DNA from: an uncultured Chthonomonadaceae bacterium
GTDB lineage: Bacteria; Armatimonadota; Chthonomonadetes; Chthonomonadales; Chthonomonadaceae
Assembly: GCA_963817895.1 (NCBI GenBank)
Contig: CAWFQB010000005.1
Coordinates: 224,001-288,000, forward strand
Direction of reading: 5' to 3'
Length of the DNA: 64,000 nucleotides
Of the stretch, positions 9,287 through 19,992 are shown piece after piece. The notes below the pieces were generated by a model, which saw only the letters and a list, made by a program, of their open reading frames with translations, was not told the DNA's origin and did no database searches. Position numbers and translations under genes: made by a program. Each line of letters starts with the position of its first letter. The first letter of the stretch is position 1.

Positions 9287-9980
9287 TTGATAGGGTACTA
9301 ACCACCCTCTTTATCATGTGGCAGGCAAAATAACGATAAAGAGAATAGCCCGCGTGTGGCGATAATAGAACAGGGCGTTCGCCGCGTCAAGCGTTCTGCC
9401 GGCGTGGATAAACGCCATTGAGTGGGTTGGGTTCGATATTGCGCATCGGGTGGGCAGGCAGTCGGATTGCCGGCTGCAAAAATATCTCTTCTGATTTTCA
9501 GAAGAAGCGCAAACAAGCAGGATTCGCGGGCATGGTCTGCGAAATAGGGACTCTCACACAGTTTTCTGAGGATGCAGGAGAAGTGGAGATGTTGATGCGA
9601 GACGGAATTCTCACAGGGGTCAATAACCCGGCGCAAAGCGGCAGGCTATGCGAACACTGCCGTCTGCGGCGCGTAAACAGAAAACGCCGTTTCGCATTGC
9701 GGGGCGCTACAGTCCTCCTTCAGCATCAGGACAATCGCGGCACAGGGAGCAAAAGCATGGCTTGACACGGAGACTACAATCCGGCTAACCGCCTGAAACT
9801 TTTCCCCACCGCGCCCTGTCCATTTGGAACAGGGCGTAATTTTTCCTCTTGCGGCTAATCCGCAATTGATTTTAACTATAAACTCCAACGGATTTTCTGC
9901 GCTGCCGGAAGCAAAAATATGGGAGCGACAGAGACATAAATGTTTGGAATTGAGCGCGAGAAAGAAGAAGGGAGGGCGCG

Positions 9981-11091
9981 ATGCCCGCACAACTGGAAGA
10001 GACGCTGGCGCGTCCGCGGGATCGGGGCCGAAGGCAAGGACTCTTGACGGACACGAATGGTATCGGTTCGCATCAAGCGTTGAGCCGCAACGAAGACCTG
10101 AACGATCCTGAAGCAATGGAAACTCTGATTGAAAAAATGGGAACGATGGAAGCCGCTCAGATGAGACGGGCGTCCGGCGTGTCGCCTGCGCTCAAAGATG
10201 AGGCGGAGCCGACGCCCGAAGAGCTGGAACCGGCTATAGAGCTGGAGGAAAGCACTCAGGCATGGCTGCGTCGCGCGGGCAAGGTTTCCCTGCTCACGCA
10301 TGAGCAGGAAATCGCCCTGGCGCGGGGCATCGAGATCGCTCGCGCCCGCAACAGGCCGCTGGACGAGCAGCGCGACAAAGAGACGCTGATACTGGCGAAC
10401 CTGCGCCTGGTGGCGTCCGTGGCCCGCCGCTATCTGGGACACGGGATGCCGATTGAAGACCTGATGCAGGAAGGCACGATTGGCCTGATGCGCGCGGTCG
10501 AGCGGTTCAACTACCGCAAGGGCTACCGGTTCAGCACGTATGCCATCTGGTGGATTCGCCGCGCCATCAGCCGCGCGATTGCGGATCAGGCGCGTTTGAT
10601 CCGCCTGCCCGTGCATGTCACGGACACGCTGGGACGCATCAACAAAACCCGCAGCGCTCTGCGGGAGCGCCTGGGACGGATGCCGACCCGCTCGGAACTG
10701 GCGACCGCCCTGTCCATGACCGAGGAAAAACTCAGCGACCTGATGCGCGGGGCGATTGAGCCGCTGTCGCTGGAAATGCCGATTGGCGAGGAGGGCGAAA
10801 GCCGCCTGGCCGACCTGATTCCGGCGAAAGACGAGCATAACCCGGTTGTGGAAGCCACAAAGGGCGCTCTGCGCGACGAACTGATGATCGCGCTGGACGA
10901 ACTGACGCCGCGTGAAAAGGACGTTATCATGCTGCGCTACGGCCTGGATGGCGACGAGCCGCGCACGCTGGAAGAGGTAGGCCGCGCCCTGGAAGTGACC
11001 CGCGAGCGCGTCCGGCAGATCGAAGTCTTCGGCGCTGGGCAAACTGCGCAAGCGGGGCCGCAACCGCCGTATGCGCGAACTCATGTCGTAG
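9981..11091 (+). CDS. sigma-70 RpoD/SigA-family sigma factor lacking region 1.1; +1 frameshift near 11029
   Basis: [59 protein letters not shown]; the expected ALGKLRK continues in another frame to TAG at 11091. Confidence 0.9.
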
Positions 11092-11302
11092 CGCTATAAA
11101 CAACATACCCATGCGGGTATACTAAATATACATATCTCAGACGCTCCCCTCCCGGCCTTGAGCCGGTGATGAGGCTGAGATGGGAGATGATTGTATTGAC
11201 CTCTACGTTTGCAAAAGCGTAGAGGTTATTTTTGTTCTTCTTGTCAGGTTGCTTAAGAGACAATAGTATAGCACATCGTTGCAAATCAAAAACAGGCGCA
11301 AG

Positions 11303-11340
11303 AAAGCGGGGTAACGTTCCATGGAACGTTACCCCGCTTT
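11303..11340. terminator. perfect 38-bp palindrome, probable bidirectional terminator
   Basis: AAAGCGGGGTAACGTTCCATGGAACGTTACCCCGCTTT is its own reverse complement and lies between convergent genes. Confidence 0.65.
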
Positions 11341-11708
11341 AGTTCAAGAATCATCAATCACTTCTACAAAACCTGGGCAAAACCAAACTGGGAATGATAA
11401 CAGGAATGACAAAAGAAAAGAGCGAACATGAGAGACTGTTCAGGGCAAATCCGCATCCGCCGTTGCGGGCCTGGTCAATTCCGGGTTGACGCAGACATTC
11501 TGCCGCGAAAAATCTCCCTGCCAGTAAAGGCAACGCCCGCTCTTCTTTCTTGACAAGACCGGCCTGCTCGGAACGAGCCAATCTATAATAGAAAAGTCGG
11601 CAGGAAAGGGATAAATACACATCTCTGCCGATTTTTAACAAAAATTTCACATTGCTCGCGTAATGGATATACCGGGTGAAATCCTGTCCACGTTTGACGG
11701 AAATAGCA

Positions 11709-12935
11709 TCACAGTTCGAGGAAGGAGGCGTCGAAATCAATCAGGCCGCCATCCTTGCCGCCTAACAGATTAAGGTACTGCGAATTCCACGCGTTGAGAT
11801 TATGCGAGGATTCGATAATCGCGTTACGCGCGTCATCCGGCTTGAGGCCGGGGGAGCAGGAAAACAGCAGCGCGGCCTGCGCCGCTACAATCGGCGCGGC
11901 AAAGGATGTTCCCGACCAGGTGGCGTAGCGTCCGTCCCAATACGTGCTGGTGATGTTGACAGCGGGGGCGCATACGCTTACGCCTTTGCCGTAATTGGAA
12001 AATGACGCTTTCTGGTTGTTGCCGTCCACGCCCGCCACCGTCAGCACGTTGGGAGTTCCCGCCGGCATCAGCAGCGTGGTGGAATTGGCGTTGCCTGCGG
12101 CGGCAACAACCAGAGCGCCTTTTTTGCGCGCGTTGTCCAGAGCCGCTTGCAGCAGCGGACTATTCTGGTTAAATCCGAACGACAGGCTAATGACCTTTGC
12201 GCCTTTTGCCACCGCGTAATTGACGCCATCCACGACGTTTGCCAGCGTTCCCCGGCCATCGCTGTTGAGGACGCGCACGGGCAGCAGCGACGCTTTGGGC
12301 GCGAAACGGGCGATCAGGCCAGCAATCATGGTTCCATGCCCTACGCCCTCATCCACCAGCCCATTCCCATCCGAGTCCAGATTGTACGGGCGGTCATCCG
12401 TATCGCTGTTGGCGTCCACAAAATTCCATCCGGGCAGGGTTTGCGCCGCCAGAAAAGCGTGGCGCAGGGAGATTCCCGTGTCCAGAACAGCGACAATCAC
12501 GCCGCTTCCAGTAACGTATTGCGCCGAATAGTTGTAGTCGACCTGCCCGACGGCGTACTGACCCGTGTAGAAATTGAACCCGGCGCCGGCATCAAACACG
12601 GCAATCCACTGCGGACTGGTTCTGGCCTGAAGCTCGACGGCATACCCGATGTAATTGGCGGTGGCCGAAGCGACTCGCGTATCCGCGCTCATCGTCGCGG
12701 CCAGAGTTTTGGGATCGGTCTTCGTTTTGGATTTCAGCACGTAGGTATTGGGAGTGGCGGCAGCCTGCGCCACAACCCCGTAAGCAGTGGCAAACTGCTG
12801 AACATTGGCGTTCTGCTGTAGTTGAACCAGCACATCCCCCGTATCGTCCGCGTTTGCCCCGGACGCTGTACCCGCCAACCCACTCCCGATGAGGCCACAC
12901 AGCAACAGTAACAAGCGAAAGCGTTGTGCCTTCAT
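11709..12935 (-). CDS. secreted S8 subtilisin-family serine peptidase
   Basis: Signal peptide, propeptide, triad motifs VLDTG / HGTMIAG / GTSFAAP, oxyanion AAAGN. Confidence 0.93.
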   Translation of the reverse strand: MKAQRFRLLLLLCGLIGSGLAGTASGANADDTGDVLVQLQQNANVQQFATAYGVVAQAAATPNTYVLKSKTKTDPKTLAATMSADTRVASATANYIGYAVELQARTSPQWIAVFDAGAGFNFYTGQYAVGQVDYNYSAQYVTGSGVIVAVLDTGISLRHAFLAAQTLPGWNFVDANSDTDDRPYNLDSDGNGLVDEGVGHGTMIAGLIARFAPKASLLPVRVLNSDGRGTLANVVDGVNYAVAKGAKVISLSFGFNQNSPLLQAALDNARKKGALVVAAAGNANSTTLLMPAGTPNVLTVAGVDGNNQKASFSNYGKGVSVCAPAVNITSTYWDGRYATWSGTSFAAPIVAAQAALLFSCSPGLKPDDARNAIIESSHNLNAWNSQYLNLLGGKDGGLIDFDASFLEL

Positions 12936-13195
12936 AACTTCCCCTTTGGATCGGAACCCTTCCCTGCAATCGTAAGAAAGCGGCTTCCTGTATTGAACGT
13001 CCGGTTTTAGTATAACGGCTGCAACGGCAACGCGGTTGCGCCTAGATTACCGGTTTTATTAAAATCCAGCACCATTGCGAGTAACGCTATTCAAAGTGAC
13101 ATGTGACGCCATTTTATGCCAATTTGAAAACTAATTTAATCAGATAAACGGGCGGCCAATCTATAACCAGGGCCTACAAGACGACTGGCAGGACG

Positions 13196-16127
13196 CTAAC
13201 GCGCTCCAATCAGCGCGAACGATGCCCAGTAGTAGGGATGCGGGAATTGTTCGCGCAATTCCAACTGCGATTCTCGCAGCGCGGCGGCTTTGCCCATGCC
13301 CCCCGCCAGACGCGCATAAAAGGCGGGCATCAATTGCGCGGTTGTCGCGTCGTGCGCGGCCCACAGGCAGGCCAGCACGGAACGCGCCCCCGCCGCCAGA
13401 AATCCGCGCGCCAGGCCGTGCAGTTCGTCCCCGGCTGTGACCAGATTCATGCCCGTATCGCAGGCGGCAAGCGTGGCGAGATCGCACTCCAGACGGCGAT
13501 GATGCAAATCGTAAGCGATAAGCCAACCGTCCCACAGGCGCAGGCCGGAAAACAGGGGATTGTCCTGCCGAAACAGCGCGTGCGTGGCAAAATGCAGATA
13601 GCGGTACGTCCCGTCCTGGGGTACAGCCGCAAGCGTGGCGTCCGCCTCCTGTAAGACATTCAGGTTTGCGATCTGCCCCCGCAGGGCGTCCGCTTCCGCC
13701 CGCACCTGCGCAATCCCCTCATCGGAAATGCCAAGCAGCAGCGAGTCGGCAGCGGTCACATCCGGGCGCAGGCGGCAGTTGTGCCAGATCGCGCTGCTCG
13801 GCGCCTGCGTACACTCCCAATCGTCCAGCACATAGCGTTCGCCGTCGTACAGCGCGTGAAACGGAATCTCGTGCAGAATGCCATGCGGAATAATGGTCAG
13901 TCTGTTTTCCGCTCCGTCTTCTAATCTGTTTTCTAACAGGAGCGGGACAACCGGTTCCCACAGCAGTTCATGCAGGCGATTCAGCACTGCGCGCGCCGCG
14001 TCGCCCATCTGCGCCGCGAAACGCTCTGAGTACACGCGCGAACGCATTTTCGTCCATTGAAAATGCAGGCGCTGAAGCAATTCCCGTACTTCAGCAAGGG
14101 AAGCGAGGCTGCGAACCATCTGTATTCGGTCGCGGCTGATGATACACGCCAGCACTTCTTCTTTTAGAAGCATATACTCGACAATCTGTTCCCCGTTTAG
14201 CAGGGTTTGCAGGCCGTCCAGCGTGAGCAGGGTCGAAGTCATGGCGTGTTGGTGGCTGCCATTGCGCGATTGCAGCCGCCGCTGAACGCGCAAGAACTCC
14301 TGTTCCAGATGCCGGCTTTGGGACGTGGGCTGCGGGTGGCTTCCATGCAGGCGCGCGTCGTTTTCGCCGAACTGTTCCCGCGTGGCGTGGTTCCAGTTCA
14401 ATTGGGCGCGTAAATCTTCCAGTTGCTGCCATTGCGCCTGCTCATCCGGTTCCGGGGAATGGGGCAGTCGCGTGGCGGACATCTGTTCCAGCAGGGTGCG
14501 CGATTTAACGCGCTCGATCAGGTGAAAAGCCTCTTCCCGCGATTGGGCCGCGTCACTATCCAGAAGCAGTCCCAGCATTTCTTCATGCAACCGCATCTTA
14601 TCCTGAAAGAAATGGATGCGGAAATCCTCGCCGGGCATTAATTGGCGCAGGCGCTCGACCGCATCCGAGGCGCGGCGATAGCGCGTCAGGGCAACGCGGG
14701 GCTTTTTCGCGTTCATGGCGCTGCGGGCCAGCGCGGTTTCGATACGCCACTCCAGAGAGACCCACCCATTCTCCTGCGCTTCCAGCAGCAACTGCTGTAG
14801 GGTGCGCGTGGGGCGCTGCCCCTGCGCAACCCCGTGTTCGGCGCGCAACAGCCGCGCCTGCGCAATCCCCAACGGCAATTTGTGCCGCCGAAACGTCCGC
14901 AGCGAAGCGTTGAGTTGAGGGTGAAACAGGGATGAAGGATGAAGGATGAAGGATGAATCCTCTTCTGCTCGTATCTCGTATCTCGTATCTCGTATCTTCT
15001 CTCCCCCTCTTCCCTCTTCTGCGGCACGGTGAAGATGCTGGGCGCGGAGGAGTTGGATACGCGCCGCGCCGACGGCATTTTGTTCCCGACTTCAGGGACT
15101 GCTCGGCCTCATCGAGAATCTGGAAGGCTTCTTCGGGGCGGGATTGGGCAAACAGCGCGCCTGCCATTCCGACCTGACAGCGTGAAATTTCCAGCGTCAT
15201 CTTGTACTCGCGCAAAACGGGAAGGGCGCGTTCGTAAGCCGCCTGCGCTTCGGGGATCAGGTTCAATGCCAGGTACACATCGGCAATTTCGCGGTCGCAC
15301 TTGGCGAGGTCTTTAGGCTGCTGAAGCGTTTCAAAACGCTGCCGCGCTTTCTCAAAGGATTGCAGCGCGTCGGCGTAGCGGCCCGACATGAACAGCAAAA
15401 AGCCCGTGTTGCCGTCTATCCCCGCCACCAGTAAATCTATGCCGCCCGCTTCCAGAACCGGGCGGGCATCGGCGTACATTTGCAGGGCTTCCGGCACACG
15501 GTTGAGGTGCGTGAGCATGTTGCCGATATTCATTTTCAGGCGCGCGATTGACAGTTGAACCGAGGGCGCGGCGGTGTCGGCGGATTGAAAGTAATCCAGC
15601 GCGCGCTGCCAGCAATTCAGGGCTTCCTGATACGATTCGCGGTGAAAGTAGACGGCTCCGGCATTGGCGACGGCTTTGGCCGCGTCTTCGTTCGCGCCCA
15701 GGTCGCGCAGGCGTTTTTCCAGATCACGCGCCTGCCGCGTGGCTTCCGCATAGCGCCCCAGTTGCGCCAGCGCTTCAATCCCGGCGATGGGAATTTGCGC
15801 GGCAAGAAGCGCGTCTCCGGCTTTATTCGCCCACTCCACGCCCTCCGCAAAGCACTTCAGCGCGGATTCCAACTGTCCCTGCGCCCGCAGCGCAACGCCC
15901 CGCGCCCGTAATGCCCAGGCGCGCGGTCTGGCCGTGTTCAGATGTTCTGCCAGTTGCCAGGCGACTTCGGCGATACGCACGGCTTCCGCAGGGTTGCTCC
16001 CGGCCACTCCCCGCGCCCGTTCCGCCAACTGGAACACGTCCTCATCCGCAGCCGCTTCGCTTTGAAGCAGTGATTGTCGCTTCTCCGGGGAAGCGTCCAG
16101 CAGGCGTTGTTGAAGTTCGGTAGACAT
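13196..16127 (-). CDS. TPR + CHAT (caspase-like) domain protein, about 976 aa; one frameshift near 15085
   Basis: N-terminal TPR-like helical repeats; C-terminal IIPHGILHEIPFHAL, YLHFATHA, LAACDTG, GLARGFLAAGARSVLACLW, HPYYWASF. Removing one G from TCGGGAAC joins the two ORFs with no stop. Confidence 0.88.
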
Positions 16128-16131
16128 AGTT

Positions 16132-16208
16132 TAGGTTTCAGGTTTCAGGTGTCAGGTTTCAGGTTTCAAGAGATGCTCTGCTTAACAAGCGCATTATCCT
16201 GACACCTG
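16132..16208. repeat. AGGTTTC heptamer array with a short inverted partner
   Basis: AGGTTTCAGGTTTCAGGTGTCAGGTTTCAGGTTTC followed by CCTGACACCTG; fills the anti-sigma/CHAT gap. Confidence 0.7.
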
Positions 16209-16211
16209 CAT

Positions 16212-16832
16212 TTAATCCGGCAGCTCGACTTCGGGCAAAACGATCTCACGGGATGGGCTGCGCAGGGTAAAGGTGTACACGCCGGGGCGGAGTTCCGGCA
16301 GACGAAATTCGTTCCACTCGTCCGTGTCTACGCTTGTCTGCGCCCCGACGCCGTTGACGGATACCTGCCAGTTGGTGTCCAGAGCGGCAGGGGCGGCGGT
16401 TTCGGAAAGCAACTGTCCGGCCACGCGCCATCCGCCCTGCATCTGGTGGCAGAGCAGGCCGATATGAATTCCTTCAGCCTCATACAGCAGTTCCAGGGAG
16501 GGGGGCGCAGGGGCGTAGGTTCGCGCCGGCGAGGGTACGGCGAAGGCGCGACTGTCGTAGGTCAGCACGGCGACGATACGCTCCAGAAGCGTCGGTACAG
16601 GGGGCGCGGCCTCCATGATGGCGAAGGCGCGTTGTCGTATCGCGTCGGGAACCGCCTCGCCCCGCCCCGCTTCCAGATGCGCCAGCATTCGCGTCCAGAC
16701 GGCCAATTCATTCGCGCAGGAGCGGCATCCGGTGGCAATATGGACGCGGACGCGCTCCGCCGCTTCGCCATTCGCCTGGCCCTCCACATAGTTGAGCAAT
16801 TCCTCGCTTGCGATGTGATCTTGTCTGCCCAT
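16212..16832 (-). CDS. putative zinc-binding (zf-HC2/ZAS-like) anti-sigma factor, no TM helix, beta-sandwich C-terminus
   Basis: HIASEELLNY...VHIATGCRSC; GAGGA RBS; directly downstream of the ECF sigma. Confidence 0.8.
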   Translation of the reverse strand: MGRQDHIASEELLNYVEGQANGEAAERVRVHIATGCRSCANELAVWTRMLAHLEAGRGEAVPDAIRQRAFAIMEAAPPVPTLLERIVAVLTYDSRAFAVPSPARTYAPAPPSLELLYEAEGIHIGLLCHQMQGGWRVAGQLLSETAAPAALDTNWQVSVNGVGAQTSVDTDEWNEFRLPELRPGVYTFTLRSPSREIVLPEVELPD

Positions 16833-17043
16833 TGTAATCCTCGACAGCGTTCGCGCGTTCTCCCCGGCGTTGAGAGACGGACCGCCAATCACTGTTCATA
16901 AACGCAAATGCGCCCTTCGTAAAACGAAGCGCGAGAATGGAGCGGAAGTTTGCATAAAAATCTATCTTATTATATAACAGGCGCGGCGCATCCCTGAAAA
17001 TACGTGTGTTTCAAACTAATTTTGCCTGCTACAACCTAATCCC

Positions 17044-17604
17044 CTAAAACCCCTGCTGTTCCAGCAGTTTTCGCAATTTTTGCAGGCAGCGGGCGCGCAT
17101 CGGGCCAATCGCGCCCTCCGCCACATTCAAGCGTCGGGCAATGTCGGCATACGAGGGGGGCGGGTCGGTATGGTAGCGCATTTGAAGCAGGAGGCGGCAG
17201 CTTTCCCCCAGACTCTCCATCGCGCAGCGCACCATCTGCTCCTCTTCCAATCGTATCACGACCCCTTCCGGCAACACGGCATCCGACTGAATGGACAGGC
17301 TCTGTTCCTCGGTTTCATTGTCCGGCAGGGGTTCGTGGCCGCGCTGCTGCCGGTGCAGTCGCCACACTTCGCGTTTGGTAGTCAGAATCAGCCAACCCGT
17401 CACATGCTGCTCGTTGCGCAGCTTGTGCAGGTTGCGGTACAGGGCGAGGCACACGTTCTGGAAGACATCCGCCGAATCATCGGAGGACAGGCCGCCGTGT
17501 CGGGCGATTTTATAAATCAGCCGCTCGTAGCGCGTGACCAATTGTTCCCAGGCGTTGCGCTCACCGGCCAGACACCGCTCTAATAAGAAACTATCGGAAC
17601 GCAT
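17044..17604 (-). CDS. ECF sigma-70 factor
   Basis: AWEQLVTRYERLIY, DSADVFQNV, GWLILTTKRE, SYADIARRLNVAEGAIGPMRARCLQKLR. Start set at the internal ATG 17604. Confidence 0.9.
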   Translation of the reverse strand: MRSDSFLLERCLAGERNAWEQLVTRYERLIYKIARHGGLSSDDSADVFQNVCLALYRNLHKLRNEQHVTGWLILTTKREVWRLHRQQRGHEPLPDNETEEQSLSIQSDAVLPEGVVIRLEEEQMVRCAMESLGESCRLLLQMRYHTDPPPSYADIARRLNVAEGAIGPMRARCLQKLRKLLEQQGF

Positions 17605-18058
17605 CAGAGGCACATCCCGGGTTTCATACAGCCGCCTGCAAACGCGCGGGTATGCGGATAAAGTAGATTGAAATGCGCTAACTTCAAAGATGTGTTCAGC
17701 ATAAGTGGCCTGCGCGTGGAACGGTAGAAACAAGCAAAACAAGCGCGCGTAAAATGCGTTGAATGGAACATGCGCCTGTAATGTCTGCGAGGAGATTACC
17801 GATCTGGAATGATAAAGATAGTTCAAAGATCAACAGCCTGTCTCCTGCCTGTTATCCATTTGTGGGCAACAAACGGACTGAAAAAAGAGGGCTTTTGTTC
17901 TCTAACTATACCAGTTGTCAGCCGTGTTGTGTGTCTTGCCCGCCTTAACATTTTCTAAGGTTTAGCGGGGTATTCCAAAAGGCATAGGACAATGTTGCTC
18001 GAAAGAACCCCCGCCCTCTCCCCTGTGCCTGATAAGCGCGACTGGTACCGCCGCTAAT

Positions 18059-18105
18059 AGAAATATCCGCCTTAGCAGTTTGTTGCTGCGAAGGCGGATA
18101 TTTCT
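18059..18105. terminator. hairpin downstream of the DUF4276 gene
   Basis: AGAAATATCCGCCTT ... AAGGCGGATATTTCT 15-bp stem. Confidence 0.6.
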
Positions 18106-18141
18106 TAAATATCATCCATTATGCGGCGCGTAGGGCTGAGA

Positions 18142-18753
18142 TTATAGCTCGGCGAGGAGCCGCGCTATGTCGCGCCAGAGTTTATCGAATGAGGGGCTTT
18201 GGCGCGCGGCGTTCAGGTCGAGTAGTCGTGTGAGGGCGGCTTGATCTACGGTTTCTTTGTAGGTTCGGCTGCCCTCCATGTGCTTGCGCAGCCACTCTTT
18301 CGCGCCTGTTATGCCTTCCGGGTCAGGCGGCGGTTCCAGCGTGGAAGCAAGTCCCTGCTGACCTCGCAACGATTGCGCGGCGGCAAGGAACCACGCCTCG
18401 AACTCTTTGTGAGCCAGAACAACTGCAATGGGCATATCGTTACGCGCTACGCGAGCGCGTAACAAGAGTTGCGGAGCCAGCGTTGCCGGACAGTCTGCGT
18501 CCGCGTCCATGAGTAGCAGGATCGCGCCCGACCCGTTGTTCTTTTCCGCAGCTGCTTCCACTGCGGTTTCTAATTCCTGAGATTTGACAATCTTATCACG
18601 AGACACGCGAATTGGCGGCTGTGGAATATGCAGCAGTAGTGTTGGTTCCAGCGCGGTTACGATGCGCCGGATCAAAATGGGAACCGCAACAGAGTCGCCC
18701 TGTCCCTCCACGATGCAGGAGATCTCACTCGTCTCATGCGGCGTTCTCATCAT
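18142..18753 (-). CDS. DUF4276-like (TOPRIM-related) protein
   Basis: CIVEGQGD, LLMDADADCP, EFEAWFLA, SPSFDKL; directly downstream of the ABC ATPase. Confidence 0.8.
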   Translation of the reverse strand: MMRTPHETSEISCIVEGQGDSVAVPILIRRIVTALEPTLLLHIPQPPIRVSRDKIVKSQELETAVEAAAEKNNGSGAILLLMDADADCPATLAPQLLLRARVARNDMPIAVVLAHKEFEAWFLAAAQSLRGQQGLASTLEPPPDPEGITGAKEWLRKHMEGSRTYKETVDQAALTRLLDLNAARQSPSFDKLWRDIARLLAEL

Positions 18754-18763
18754 AAGTGGGCGT

Positions 18764-19950
18764 TTACGCGGGCGCGATCTGCTGCAAGGTGTTTGTATCA
18801 GGCGCAAATTGACTCATGCGCAGCATTTCCCCTGCAGTATACAGGTGACGGCGCAGGATGCGGCGGCTTGCGTTATCAATCGGCCCGACCTCCGTTACCC
18901 CCTGATTGGAAGCAACGGCAAGCAGGGCGTCGGGATCAATGCGCTTGTTGTCCAGAAGGTCCGCGCTGTGACTGGTAACTAATACCTGCCGCGTCAAACT
19001 CGCCTCTTCCAGCGCGTCCAGCAAAACAGCGACGGCGGCAGGGTGCAGGGCTGTTTCCGGCTCCTCAATGCCGACAAGGGATACAGGAAGGTTGTTGCCA
19101 TTGCCTGTCTGAAATAGAGCCACAAGTATGCCAAACGCGCGTAATGTGCCGTCTGACATGCTGGCTGCATGAAAAGTCAGGGGAGGTAATTCATCAGAGA
19201 ACTGCTGTATAAATGCCAGTGATTCCTTTGGCCCATAGTTTAACACGTATACTCCCCGAATTCCGGGTACGATGACCGCTAAATACTCTTCGATGCGTTG
19301 CACTGCGCTGGACGGCTGCATATTCATTCTTTGTAAGACACTGGTAATATTATCACCATCATGGGTCAATATATCCCCCCGTCCGGCGTCTGAGCATCAC
19401 GGATTTTCTCCGGGTTCAGGTTATAGAACGCCAACCCTGAAAGGGCATCGTACACAGGACGAAACGCAGATAGTCCCGACACGGCAACAAGATACAGGCG
19501 ATCCGAAGCTGCCAGGGGCGCAACTGTTTCGCTTGTTGTTACTTCACCCTCGGACACGCGAAAGTACGATTCCTTGCTGTCAACATTGTGGGGGCAAATG
19601 TGACACTCCTCCCGCAGTACGCTGGCGCGACCAAACCCGTTCTCTCCAATGGAAAAGGAGTAGCTTCCAGTGTCGCCCGTCGCCAGGCGGAACTCAAGGC
19701 GCGTGGAAAAATGCAGCGTTCCTTCCTGTGGAAAGTGGAACACTCTGTCAATGCCGCTGCGTTGGCGAGTGGCGTGATCTAGCGAGGTATTGAGCGCATC
19801 GGACACGAAGCGTAGGGCATCGAGAAAGTTGCTTTTGCCCGCGCCGTTTGGCCCGACCAGAAACATGAGCGGGCGCATCTGCACATCGCAATGTTTTATG
19901 CTCTTGTAGTTTTCCAGAACCACTCTGGTCAGGAACGTGGAGTCAGGCAT
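18764..19950 (-). CDS. non-transport ABC/AAA_21-type ATPase; frameshift in a G-run near 19375-19380
   Basis: LENYKSI, Walker A GPNGAGKSN, signature MSDGT, IEEPETALHP, H-loop VTSHS; G6 to G7 joins the two ORFs. Confidence 0.87.
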
Positions 19951-19992
19951 CAGATAACCTGTGTTTCTCGTCTGTGTCGTGCCTAATGAAGA

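Noticed and set aside
9290..9980. Possible ncRNA, riboswitch or small ORFs upstream of the sigma gene
   Set aside because: No recognisable motif and the ORFs look non-coding; cannot be excluded without an Rfam search.
9981..11091. Calling the gene rpoD
   Set aside because: It lacks region 1.1, has a divergent region 2.4 and no dnaG context; probably not the primary sigma.
11092..11708. ORFs 11081-11284 and 11354-11740 as extra members of the CHAT cluster
   Set aside because: No RBS or protein-like features; the region holds terminator-like hairpins.
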